A stretch of DNA of 64,000 nucleotides from Paraspadella gotoi (GCA_051294375.1 CM119268.1:18244005-18308004); one strand, 5' to 3'; counted from the stretch's first letter, positions 1 to 12,900 are shown. Notes: generated from the sequence alone by a model not told the origin. Program-made: numbers and translations.

Positions 1-86
1 AAATCGAATCTGAGGCGAAAAACGAGACAGCGTTCGAAGAATCCCGGCGTTGGAGTCGGCGTTGGAATCCTCGGCGTTTATTGGGA

Positions 87-90
<4 letters not shown>

Positions 91-174
<84 letters not shown>
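91..174. repeat. (GA)n microsatellite (first of many in the window)
   Basis: Uninterrupted GA dinucleotide run. Similar runs at about 2780-2840, 18550-18635, 54365-54447, 55635-55770, 57590-57707 and 59987-60090. Confidence 0.98.
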
Positions 175-177
<3 letters not shown>

Positions 178-360
178 AACGATAAAGATCTCATTGTCAT
201 TTCAACTGCAAGAAAATCTTAAACCTCCGTCACGTGATTCAATCCTACGATTCGATCTCCCAACTTGATCTTGATGTCGACTGAGGAAAATAGACGAAAA
301 GATCGAAACGAGAAGAAGCGAAAAGGAGCGACGCCCAAAACTTGTCCGCGCTTAAGTCTC

Positions 361-444
361 GGGACTCGGGACTCGGGACTCGGGACTCGGGACTCGGGAC
401 TCGGGACTCGGGACTCGGGACTCGGGACTCGGGACTCGGGACTC
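361..444. repeat. (GGGACTC)12 perfect heptamer tandem repeat
   Basis: 12 exact copies of GGGACTC read directly from the sequence. Confidence 0.97.
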
Positions 445-915
445 GGATATTTGATAATTTGGATTGAGGACCCCTGACATTTGGCACCGGGCATTTAGAC
501 CATTAGCTATTATTTCCGCATCGCCTCCTTAAAGATTCTTTGGTGATGACTCCAAGATTAACCTCCCAACCATTAAATTGTCAAACGCCACGTCGCGTCG
601 TCCGTCTTTCGGGTCTTCGGAAAATCTTTGGGTTAGACTCGAGCCCATCGGGCACGACCGCGCGGCCACGCCTGCCCCCTCTGGGTCCAAGCCAAAGGTT
701 TTACGACTCTAATGACTTTCAACGGCGCCGCCCAAAATAAACGAGGGACGAACGAGTTTTTCGGCAAATCGAGTTTTTCACTCATTTAGACAAAAGACAA
801 AAAAAGTTCTCGATCTTCTTTTCTTTTCGATTCTTGCGAATCTCGTAAGCAATTTTAAACTTTTCATTTGTGACAATCGATCATCGGAATTAGGAACTTC
901 GTTTTGTCAGTCGCC

Positions 916-2060
916 ATGGCTAAACAAGTAAGAATGTTTTTTTTATTGCGTGTACCGGTCAACTAAATGCCAGGTTGTTTCAAAAAATTAGTGTAAATAC
1001 TGTATATCAATCTTTACGGGTTTGCAAATGGCAGCTTTTTGTTAGCGGTTTAAATGTCACCATGTATTTGTTGCTAAGTTTTTCTTTTAAAGTATTTTAA
1101 ACTCAGTCGACATTGTATTTTCTACATTGTATATTTCTGATAAATACTAACTTTCTTTTTTTCATTTTCAGCTAAAAATGAAACCAGAACACAGGCAACG
1201 TAAGTAACAACTTGCTTAATTATTAATTATAAATTGTTATTAGTTTGAACAAATAAACGAATCTTTCCCAGAATTTTACAAAATCTTTAAAAAGTGGGAC
1301 AAGGACGGCAACGGACAACTCACCAAGGAAGAAGTTTGGGCCGCCTTCAGTTCTATGTCTCCGGTAACCAGTTAGTTTTTTTTTATGGAACTTTGGATTA
1401 GATACGAGGATGTCATGTTTTTTGGCATTAATATTATCTTTTCCACACAGGGTTCGAAAAAAGACAACAAACTAATGGAGACCTTTTGGAAGAATATCGA
1501 CGCTAATAGTAAAAAAAAAAAAACAATCGAAAATTATTTTTCATAAAATCTGTTGTTATATTTTGACTTCCTTTCAGACGACAATTTGATCTCTTTCGAA
1601 GAATTTCTAAAATATTCTGCTGTGAGTTTTCTTATTTTCCATTTTGACTGAATTTTTTTTTTTACATTGATGATAGCAATGATAATTCTCTGCAGGGGTT
1701 CGAGCTGCTGTCGGTTCTCAAAAGCGGCTCAGAGGATGGGGGAAAGACGATGCCAAAAAGCAAATTAAAAGGCGCTTTGTTGCAAAACAACGTAAGACTT
1801 GGTTAGAGTTACTATGCGATATTATTTTAACTATAGTAATTAAACTATTTTTTTTCTTCAAGATCTTGCCTCCGGCGGCGTTGAACAAATGTATGGCGTT
1901 AGTAGACAATAACGATGACGACAACATCGATTTAGAAGGTGCAAATACGAAAATATGCTACAATGTACTGATATATACTTATAATGTAATAAGTTTTTTT
2001 ATTATTTATTTCTCAGAACTGCTTCAAGGATTCCTGATTGGCCTTTTCCGTTCTAGTTAA
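916..2060 (+). CDS. Calmodulin-like EF-hand calcium-binding protein, 149 aa, 8 coding exons
   Basis: Exons 916-927, 1172-1199, 1272-1363, 1451-1508, 1578-1621, 1696-1791, 1863-1938 and 2017-2060 join in frame over GT-AG introns (450 nt). EF loops DKDGNGQLTKEE, DANNDNLISFEE and DNNDDDNIDLEE; third site degenerate (SEDGGKTMPKSK). Confidence 0.92.
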
Positions 2061-2775
2061 CTTCAGGCCACACGTAACATCGATAAACCTTCGCGAAAAA
2101 ATATTTTATCATTAGTAAAAAGTCACGGTCATTGAAAAGGAACAAGTCCCAATCCTACTCAAGACAGTAGGATACTTTTAAACTTAAAAAAAAGACTATT
2201 CAAAATATGCAAGAGTCAGTTTTGCTGCTTCTCGCCATTACAACATTCAGTAACTTACAATTGGCTTTAAAATACTGTGAATATTTTTTTCTTTCAGAAA
2301 TCGGCACCGAAGTTAAAAAAGGGTGAAAAAATTATTCTAAATTACGAAAAGAATGTTTTAATTTTGTTTAATGATATTTTGATTTAAATTCTTTCGATAA
2401 GTAAATTGTTTTTAATCTTAATTATTATATCAACTTTATTTATACAGAAAAACAAAATATTAGTCAAATATAAATGTAACTAGACAAATACGTTTTCAAG
2501 TAACCCCAGTGTATTTCGAAATTCGATTAATAGAAAGATGTTACGCCTGTTTCAATTTTTCTTTTTTGGTTTTTGTCTAGAAAAAAGATTCATCACGAGC
2601 TATTTTTAGTCAATAGATAATTCTAAGATGAGGAAACAAATTAACTTCAAATGTTTTTACGAGATGTCGAACCCAGAGGCTCCGGGTTAAATTGAAAAAA
2701 TGAAAACTTGTCGAATCCGCTTTTTCCAACTAATATTTTCGAGTGAACTTTTTATAGGTCTTTTATCTCTCTCTC

Positions 2776-2847
<72 letters not shown>

Positions 2848-3084
2848 TCACAAAACAGGCACACACACGAATTACGCCGTTCACCCCGGGTCCAAAAATC
2901 TTTTTCGAGTCCGAAATTCGATTGACTCATTTTTCTTCGATGAACCTTGAAACTGAACCTTGAAACTTCGCAAAAACGAAAAAAAAAGGTTAAAAAACTG
3001 GTTAGAGTAAGAAAATCCTAAAAAAATTGAGTAATTATTTACTCAAAACTTTTGCAAATCAATTCCTCCAAAACATAAACGAAA

Positions 3085-4547
3085 ATGAAAAAATTTCATC
3101 CTTTTCTTATCTTTTTCGTGGCCTCGTTCTGCGCCGTAAACGGGGGTGAGTCAAAGACGCTAACCAATCTATCCTCGGACCGAAAAAACAATCAGTCAGA
3201 TATCAGACAATCTAACATTTATTTACATATACATATTACATACGTTTACATTTACTTCATCAGTACTTTCTTTCTTTCTTTCTCTCTTTCTTACTTTATT
3301 TCTTTTTAATTTCGTTTTTTCCATATTCGTATTTTTTTCTTTATTTGTTTCTTTGTTTTCTGTTACGTTTATTTTTCGTTATTTCTCTCACTCATCATTA
3401 ATTTATTCATTCCTTCCTCCCGTTACTAATTCTTTACTTCCTCCATTCATTCCTTCATTCATTCCTTCCTCCATTCATCCTTCCACTCCCCCCCCCCCAA
3501 GTCCCCCACTCAGCTCCACCAATTCCTTTTGCGGCCGCCGAACTGATCCCGCCTCCGTCGCCAACTTCAGCGCCTCCTCAGTCGCCGACGCCAGATGGGC
3601 GCCGTCCAACGCCTTCAGGACGAACGGCGCCTGGTTTTCGAAGCGAAGGAGGCCACGCCCACGCGGTGGCGACTGCGCCGAAGTCATATCCGCCGATTGT
3701 CCGCAATGGATGGAGTTGGTGTTGACGAGGCCGCAGAAAATCACCGGGATTCAGTTCAGGTTCGAAAAAAAAATGTAACGTTTCATTTTGTGGATCGCGT
3801 AATTTGCGAAAGGTTTAAGTTATCTTCGCCGTTTGTTATTCCAGTCACTTAAGGCTTTTCTTTTGTTTTCCCCCTGCAATAAGTTTAACTTCCCCGTTTG
3901 CTGACCTCCGTGACGTCGCGGTTGTGCAAGGATTGCACTACTTTCCTTTCGTTTTGGAATGTGTGAATGAAAAATGAAAAATCAATTCAATAAAATAACT
4001 AGTATCTTCAAACCCTGAATATCTTTTTTTTTAGTTTTAAATATTCTTTTAAAGTTATTTGTGATGCATATTTACCGGGTGACCCTTAAACGTTTTTTCG
4101 CATTTTGCTCCGTTCCTTTTTTCTTTCTAAGCAAATAGAAAGGCCACTTTTTCCAGCCATAATATTTATGATGCTATGATTCCGTCCATATAATTTTCAT
4201 CCATGAGTCCGATCGCCTTTTCCCCCCAATTTGCTCAAACCTTTGGTTTTTCATCTTTATCCCCTTCCCCACTCTACTCTTTCAGAGGCTACACTCTCAG
4301 CTCCACTCCCTACTCCTTCACTATTCTGGGATCGGACTTGTCCGGTGTTTCCTGGCAACAATTGCGCGAACACACGGGCATGCAACTGGAGCATAGGTTT
4401 CGAGCGGGGCGTCCCGTATCGAGGCTGCGGCTGCTGGTGAAGGCCACGCGGGGTTCTCAGAGGCAGAGACGGCCTATGACTGACGTGTCCATTTCGAGTC
4501 TGAAGATTTGCGTCGAACCGACAGGGGTTGTGGAAGGGCAGGAGTGA
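3085..4547 (+). CDS. Secreted F5/8 type C (discoidin/galactose-binding-like) domain protein
   Basis: Signal-peptide-like exon MKKFHPFLIFFVASFCAVNG (3085-3145). Exon about 3514-3759 reads ASSVADARWAPSNAF..GAWFS..PQWMELVLTRPQKITGIQF and splices in phase to about 4286-4547 (RGYTLSSTPYSFTILGSD..W..VSRLRLLV..SISSLKIC), a discoidin-like pattern. The exon1/exon2 phases differ by 1 nt (possible indel or missed exon). Confidence 0.72.
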
Positions 4548-5001
4548 TGGATAAGGGGAAGCAGGGGTGAAGGCAGTGGGAAAAAAAAGATAAGGAAACT
4601 AAAAAGGACTAATAACGAGAGAAGGTTGAGGTTTGACGTAGGAGAAGTAAGTCAGAAAAGTGAGAACGAAGTCACATGACAGATTTAAAAAGAGGTTGCG
4701 AGAGAAGTAGCCTGAAATTGAAGAATGCGGTAAGAGGAAGTGGAAGACACTGAATGAATAATTTTATGTACATCCGTGTATGTTTATTTGAACATTTTTC
4801 GATTAATTGTTGTATTTTTTTTGTATTGGTTTTGAAACATGTTTTAAGCCGACTCGTCGTTTTTTTTCTTTTTTTTTAATTAATTTTAATTAGGAAATCG
4901 TAAAATCGCACAACAGTTTAGCTCGATAGAGAATTAATACGATTTACTTATAGTTAATTTCTCCTTTTTTGTTTTTTTTAATTTTTTTTTTCGCTTTTAC
5001 G

Positions 5002-7001
5002 ATGTCGTGGCGGGAAGGGGCGAGGCCGAGCGGGATGGAGACGAACCCGGATGAAGAATCGAAAGTAGAGACGGAAAATGTCCGGTTCATGAAGATGGAA
5101 CGCGACGATAATGTTCATCCCAACCTAAGAACATCATCCAGTCGAGAAAGGGAAGATGTGATCGGAAAAAGCCAACGAGTCAACGGTAACCAAGGCGTCA
5201 AAAGTAAAACGTCGGCAGAAAAATGCGAAACGGTCACGGAAAGATATTCTCAAGCTCTAGGCAAGGAAAGCTTTCATAACAAAACCCAGCAAGTATTTGG
5301 CGACAAAGTCTCAACGGGAAGTCACGTGTTTATGACGAAGAAAAATTACGAAAATAATCAGTGGGAACTGAATAGAGACGTTTTTGGGGCGAGAAATCAA
5401 TTCGCGAATCGACCACATTGGGTCGGTACCAATTTTAGAAACGCGAACAAAACTAACGAACTTTTAACGCACAAATCGTTTCAAGCAAGCAACAACAACC
5501 AAATCCCACCAAAAACTGGCGTCAGTAAAGTTAAAATCGAGAGCGAACCGACGAGGAATCAACAGGCCAACGATTCAGCAAACGTTCGCCCGGTCAACAG
5601 CAATACGAGCTGGTCGAAGAATCAACAGTCTGATTCTGCAGAAGCCCTCAATCAGGCGCCCGACTCCAAGACGAATAAGCTAAGCAGCAAACTGGCTCTT
5701 GCAAGGTAAAAAAAAAAAAATTTAAAACCCTTTCCTTAACCTTTGAAGAGACAGTAATCATTGTTATGTGGTAGTGACAGAATCGTTTAATATAAGAACT
5801 CCCTGAGATTCGGATCAGGCTGTAACAACGTGTTACAGGCGGGTTAAGCGCCCCGTCCATCTTAACAGCTAAGCGACCACCGGGCTAGAAACTCGGACCT
5901 TTAGGTTGGGAGGCAAATGACTTGCCTCCGGCACAAATGGCCGTTGATGAACGGTTGGTGGATTTTAGTCCACCATACATTAATCATTTTCCTTAATCTC
6001 AAACTCTAACCAAATCCTAAACTGCTTAATTTCTACCATAACCCTTAATCTTAAACCCTAGCTCTTCACCCTATTCCTTATTCCTAATCACTAATCGAAT
6101 CCCTAACCTTATCCTCAACTCTCACCTCCAACCTCATCTTCAACTTTAAAAAGTAACCGACTTCTCAATTTTTCCTGCTGGGAAAATGTTTATGAAATTG
6201 GTACAACCAATATAAAAATTATCCATTCATTTAATAAATAAGCTATCTTGCCCCTGACTTTGGACAGGCTTTGGTGGTTTAAGGCCTCCATCACTCTTAC
6301 AAGATAATGACATAGCAGGTCCCTGCAAGCTTTCGATCAAGACTCTCTCACAGTCTCGTTTATTCACTCCCAGAGTTCCTGGCTTCCCTATCAATGAAGT
6401 GGTATAATATTTCAAAGATTGTTTAAGAATTTTTAAGATTCGTTGATTCGTTACTCGGCCGCCGACCTTTCTTAAATCATCCTCTTTCGACTAAACGCCT
6501 TCCCCACTGGGGAATCCCCAGCCCCTATGTCTCCCACCCTCCCCCCACCACACCATCCTCCAACCAACCCACCTTGACCAGAGCCTTGAACAACCTCGAC
6601 TCTTCCACCAACGCGGAGGCTGGCAAAACGTGCGTCAAGTGCAAGAAGGTAGTCGGGATCGACGAGATGGTGCACTTCAAGGAAGGCGTGTATCACCCGG
6701 CTTGTTTCGTCTGCGACGCCGGCTGCGGGAAATCACTCGCCGGTCATCAATAATTAGTTATTTTTTATTTATTCGCTTTTACTAGTTGTCGCGTTTCGTT
6801 TTTGTTTTTTTTTTATTTTTAAGTTTTCATATAAAATTTTATAAAATATTGATATTTTTTTCCCTTACAATTTTAGGCCCAGATGGATTTTTGGATCAAC
6901 CCGAGGGAAAGTTTTGCAAAGCTTGTTACGCGTTAAAATTGGCCCCAAAAGTACGTTAGTCTATCTTTCTTGCTTTCTCTTTTACTATCTGACCTTTCTT
7001 T

Positions 7002-7045
<44 letters not shown>

Positions 7046-7048
7046 TTT

Positions 7049-7104
<56 letters not shown>

Positions 7105-7155
7105 TTTTCTTTCTAACTCTCACTCTCTTGTTAATATTTCATACAATTTATATAT

Positions 7156-7214
<59 letters not shown>

Positions 7215-7261
7215 CACTCTCTCTCTCTCTCTTTATCTTTCTATCTCTGTGTGTGTGTGTG

Positions 7262-7344
<83 letters not shown>

Positions 7345-8339
7345 CTCCTTCGTAAACCTTTCCCTCTCTCACACTCAAATTCCCTCTTTTTCTCCTCCAG
7401 TGCCACAAATGCAAAGGAGGCATCATGGAGAAGCAAATCAAATTCGACGGGAACATTTGGCATCCCGAATGCTTCAAGTGCACCGACTGCCAATCCAATC
7501 TTGAAGGCCTGGAGATAACCTCGGTCAAGGGGATGCCCATGTGTAAGGATTGCTTTTTCAAAAAGCATTCGGATCGCTGCAAGTCTTGCGGGGCCGCCAT
7601 CACCCCAGGTAATTAAAGGGGCACCCTTGCTTTTTGTAGTGGATTCAATGGGAAGTGGAGTTTCTGCTTAAGAGGCTGAAAAGAATAATGGTAGACCATA
7701 ATCAAGTATTATCTATAAACCTAATATAAAAAAAGTGATATTTTATCTGTACTCAGGAAACCCATACATGGAAATCGATGATGGAAAGATCCATTCGACC
7801 TGCTTCAAATGCGCAAAGTGTGGAAAGAATCTGGCGGGAGTGCCATGCGTCAAGGCAAGATGGCACGAAATAAGAAATAGTTTCTAGGAATAGCCTGAAA
7901 TAATGATTTGCAGATGTTATTATATCAATTCAAAAATGAATGACGGGATGAATGAGTGAAAAGCGTGAAAAGCGTGAAAAGCGTACGAACCAATTAAAAT
8001 TTTGAATGAATGACTTTGTTATTTCGTGCATTTCGTTTCGTTGCGTTTGAAATTAGAATTAAGTGAAAATGTTTATTTGTTTACAGACAACGAATTAGTT
8101 TTTATTTTTAAGGAATAAACTAAGGAATAAAAGACTGAATTTTGATGCAGTGCATGTCAAAGAAAGGGGTCAAAGAAATTTTTTTAGTCATGCAATGTCA
8201 TGATATGTCATATGTCATCAAAACGAAATACACGTGAAAATAAAGCCACTGGGGCGCAACACATTGGAATTACCATTCTTGTTTTTTATTTAATTTCCCA
8301 CAGGAAGGTCCTAATTTTATCTGCACCTCCTGCACCTAA
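5002..8339 (+). CDS. LIM-domain protein: low-complexity N-terminus plus three C-terminal LIM domains
   Basis: Exons 5002-5705, 6582-6742, 6877-6950, 7401-7608, 7757-7854 and 8304-8339 are in frame. LIM1 CVKC..HPACFVCDAGC..CKAC; LIM2 CHKC..HPECFKCTDC..CKDC; LIM3 CKSC..HSTCFKCAKC..CTSC*. AATAAA at 8515-8520. Confidence 0.9.
5744..5977 (-). mobile_element. Dispersed structured repeat A (tRNA-like head, SINE-like), copy 1, in LIM gene intron
   Basis: Aligns along its full length with 48674-48906. Minus-strand 5943-5874 has a 7-bp acceptor-like stem CGGCCAT/GTGGTCG and a T-arm-like hairpin. Confidence 0.75.
5990..6145. repeat. Degenerate (CCTAAC/TAACCC)-like hexamer tract
   Basis: Imperfect units such as ctctaac, cctaaac, ccataac, cttaaac, cctaatc and ccctaac. 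Confidence 0.5.
6190..6411 (+). mobile_element. Dispersed repeat B, copy 1
   Basis: TATGAAATTGG..CCAATAT..AAATAAGCT..GCCCCTGACTTT..CCCTGCAA..GCTTCCCTATCAAT is shared with 49001-49190 (same strand) and with 35560-35715 and 42424-42580 (inverted). Confidence 0.75.
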
Positions 8340-10104
8340 AAAGTTGAAACTTCTCCAAACTCAAAAAGCAAAGTTTTAGGATGGCTTTTTTTCGACGTAT
8401 TCCAAATAACCAAGAGGCAAGACGTCTCTCTTATTTTTGTTGAAAACGAACCTGGCAAATGAATATAATAGAATTAATGAGAAATGATTCCAATGCATTT
8501 GTTTATTTTATTGAAATAAAGGCTCAGAATCAGCAAAGTTATTATTATGGTAGGGGTAGCCCAACTCAATGGGGGGAGTCAAAAATTTAGAGTGAGTAAA
8601 TGCTCAAACGAATATTTAGTCATTTTTAAGAATACTTTCAATGGACAAAACATTTTTAATATGGCTCTATACCCTAGTAATTAATTTTTTAATATTTATT
8701 TATAGAAAGGAAAAGCCAAAAAAATTTTTAAAATTTTTAAATTTTAAGACCAGATTCAGAAAGCTCATAAAAAGTTTTCTACACAAAGTAAAATTCTTTT
8801 TTAATATTTTTATGATAAGTGTGTCAAAAATAAGAAAAACTGTAAAAAATCATCATCATCATCATCATTTATTGGATTGGCTGTACTCAAGAGCCGTGAT
8901 GGTTGACAACTCTATTTTGGTTTTGGTTTTGTTTCTCTATCACTATCTGTTTCACAGAGATCCGCAACCTACAGCTGACTCGTAACTTGAACTAATATAC
9001 AAAACAAATCGATTAAAAACAGGGTTTTATGGTGAAATTAAAAACAAGGTCAAAGGCAAAATTGTACATGCGCTATTCTTTTCAGAAAACCTAATGGGTG
9101 ATATGTTCTTTAAAAACATTTTTCTCTTAAATATCGATGAAGGTTGTTGTTATTAATGGTATCAATCAAGTATTAAGTATTTACTCAATATTTTAATTAA
9201 TCAATCACGCTTTTAACCATATGCAAAACTTTAAATATCATAATCAAACAGTTTTATTGACTAGTAAATCATTTTTTTTCATCTTTAATCTATGTAATAG
9301 TCTATTTCAATTGAATTGTTTTTTTATAGGGAGAAAAGATATGTTTCAATTTTTACAAAATCATAATAATAAATATTTTTCTTTGAATGTAATTGAAAAT
9401 TTGAAGATTAACTGTGACAATGGTCATTTAACTTAATTGTCGATGGTTTCAGATGATTACCATTTATGATCCCCTTTCAAAAAAATTTAAATGATAACCA
9501 CAGGTTTCAAAATAATAATAAATTATGTTGTAAGTAGGTTTGTTGTTGTATTGTTAATCATGTCATCCTTTCAAGTTTCGAAACATGTTCAATTATTCAT
9601 CGTCTAGTGATTTAATTCTTTTCTTAAATTTAGGACTTAAGCTGCTTACGTTTGGGCTTGTGAATGACAATATAAAAAAGTCATTATAAAAATTACAATA
9701 CTCGAAGATAATTTTTAATTAATTAATTAATTTTTTTTTTTTTAGAAAATAAGCTGTAATCATGAAATTAATGAATGTCTCAAATATATTGTAAAGTTGT
9801 GCCAGAAGAAGTAAGACTCAGCGAACAGACAAGATAGTCGCAAATTCACGACCCTCACTCCCGAATAAAGATACTTGTGTATATAGTATTTTTAAAGCCA
9901 TTTTTTTGGTTAAGCGACGTACATAACGGGAGAAAGTCTCGCATTGCCGTGATATACCATCGAAAAAATTAGTATGTTCGTCACGGGTCTCAGCAATGCA
10001 AGGATATTCTATTCTTCGTTTTTAATCATGATGATGATTGTCATCAGGTCATTATTATTATATAGGTTAACATTATGTTGTGTTCGTCGTCGTCGTCGTC
10101 GTCG

Positions 10105-12868
10105 TCATCGAACTTCATCCGTCGAGGGAAAGACGCCGACTTCGTAGGCAACAATCGTCGCGTGATCGAGTTTTCCTGGCGTCGCTTCGACGGAGGAAGA
10201 GATCTCAGAATCCGTTCGTCTTATCTCTGAGAGAGAGGAGAGAGAGAGAGAGAGATCGAAGAGTGGTGGGTGAGAGAGAGAGTATAGACTGTTGAAGAGA
10301 CTTGTGATATGTGATTTTTTTTATATGAGAGAGAGAGAGTGTGTAAATCATTTAATTAATTTGTAATGTATAGGAAGAGTTTCCTCACCCGTAGTGGAGA
10401 GCGTCTCCCTGTTGTGGTACAGCTGCGGATTTTCCAGCACCTGGCGGCGCGGCTGCGTCAAACGCAGGACGTACTGGGCCAAAGTGGCGCAAACTTCCTG
10501 AGCTGAACCGAACTCTTCATCGTGGGGCGATTCCTTTAGAGCGTTTTGGGAGGGTGGGGGGGCGTCGATACGGGTTGGTAGGTAAATAGGTGGAAGTAAA
10601 AAAAAAAAAACTGAACTAATTTTATCTTGATTGAATGCCTGTGTAGAATCTCAACGCAGGAAATGATTGGATGATTCTGATTTATCAAGTAGTTTGTATC
10701 TCGTTGATTTACCTCTCGCTCCAGAACTTCCTGCATGTGCTTCAAGGAGCAGATATGGCGCTGGTAAGGATCCAGCTCCGGCAGCGGCTGCTGCGGCGGC
10801 GGAGACTTTTCTCCGTTGAGACGCGAAGTGGAATGAGATTCTTGAGAAGAGTTGTTGTTTTTGTTTTGATGAATTTGTTGTTGTTGTTGTTGCTGCTGTT
10901 GCGGGTTCGTTGGTTGTTGCAGTTCAGAAGGGATAGTTGGTTGGGAATCGTCGGGGGAGGGAGACTGAAAAAAAACAAGAAAAGGTCATTTCACCGAATT
11001 TACTTTCTTGATGTACGCAGTTTCATGTCATCCCCTAATGAAACATAGACGCAAAACAAGCGTTTATGATATACTATCTAGGAAAAAAGTATTGTGATTA
11101 TTGTGAAAAAAGTATTTAACAAAATTCATTTATTCAATAAAAATTATACAAAACATGGGTAAAACATGCTCAATATTTGATTTTTTTATAAATTAAATAA
11201 GTTTTCGAGTAGATATCCTTTAAGCTTTATTAAAAATGTCATATACTTTTTTCCTAATTAAAATTAAGCAGTAATCCTTAAATTTTGCCGAATCGAATTT
11301 CTCGTCATGTGATCACGGGAATGACAAAAACAAGAAAACAGTTACGCCCATTATATGAAAAAAAAAGAAACGAGAAAATAATTCCTCGACCGTTGATGCC
11401 ATATTTCCCACGACCTCACCTTTGGCGCCGCGACTTTTGAGACGATGGGATCGAAATTGTCCGAGATTCCATCCGTCGTTAGGAGGACGATGTCGCCGGG
11501 TTCCACGTGCGTCAACGACAGCGTCAGATTTGACAGTTCCGGTCGCTCCCCCTCGACGGCGCCGAGAGCGCCGCCTGTGTCCCGGATGTCGCGATCCACG
11601 TGGACGTTGTGGGAGCCTGTGGGGTGGGGAAGGGAGGGACCCACGCTGTTTGACACTAAGCACAATCTTAAACTAACCCCTAACCCATTTTTCGATTAAA
11701 GCTGCATTGGGGCTCTTTTGGAAAATATGACCCTGACCCTCTAATTCGTCCTTTAATTCCGCAACCGACCTTCGGTGATCTCTCTCATGTCTCGACCCCG
11801 CGAATAGACGAAGGCGAAGGAGTCTCCCACGTTGACCGTGCAGGCGAGGAAGCGGTTGGCCGTCCTTGCAGGCACCACCGCCGTTAGGCAGAGGGTCGTC
11901 ATGGATCCCCGCTCTTGGACGATCAGACGCTGCGCCGCCTCCAGGGATTTGAGCATGTGAGAGAAGAGATCCTAAGAGAGATATAGATCCGGGGGTTGAA
12001 AAGGGAGACAAGAGAGATTTTGAATTTACTAAAAAAAATATTCTTATTGAGTTTTGCGAATGATCTTATTTAAAACGGTTTTCGTAATGTTAAACGTTTG
12101 ATTTTTACTTTTTTCCGAATTTCTGAGATTAGTTTAGATTATATTTATTTAGAAAGACAGGTCGGGGTAGGCCATGGGTCGTGGATATAAATGATCGCGG
12201 GACACAGCGAAACAAATAATATGATTTGCAAATTTTCATGAAGATTTAACCAGCATTAATCTTTTGTTTTTTTAACAGATAATTTTCTAGAAACAAGCGT
12301 CCTCTATCGTTAAAATTTCGAACGATTAAAAAAAGAGAAATTTGAAACTTGAAACTTTCAATGAAAGAATAATTAATGTACTGTAGAATGTAGATCAAAT
12401 CAAAATCAAATAATTAATAAATAAAATCCAAAATCCAAAATCCAAAAAATCTCAAATCCTCACGTGCGTGTTCTCGATCCTCGTCTTCTCCTGGAAGATC
12501 TTTCGGTTGAGATAAGAGACGCTCCCTCTGACGGCGCATCTCGCCGCCATCCGCGGTCGCTTCCCCCAGTTGACGCCGTCGGCCACCGCGAGGAGGGCGT
12601 TGTTCTGTCGGGCGCAGACGGCGAAGCAATCGGCGAAAGGGTCACCTGCGAGGATTTAAAAAGTCGAAGAGACTGAGGCGTTTGCTGACTGAGTGCGACG
12701 AAGATTTCTGGAGATTCAGAGCTTAAAAGAAATTAGAGGAGAATACAAATTGTCAACGCTCAACGCCAACGTCAAAGTGGTAAAATGACGAAAAAGAGGT
12801 TAAAAGAGGCTAGGTATCTTTAACAGTCTTATTGTCACGGTATCGTCTTCCTCATCATAATCACCATT

Positions 12869-12900
<32 letters not shown>

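Noticed and set aside
361-444. Heptamer array as a CRISPR array or telomere
   Set aside because: No spacers, no cas genes, eukaryotic context, internal position and not a TTAGGG-type unit.
7956-7984. (GTGAAAAGC)3 short repeat in LIM intron
   Set aside because: Ordinary slippage repeat with no supporting context.
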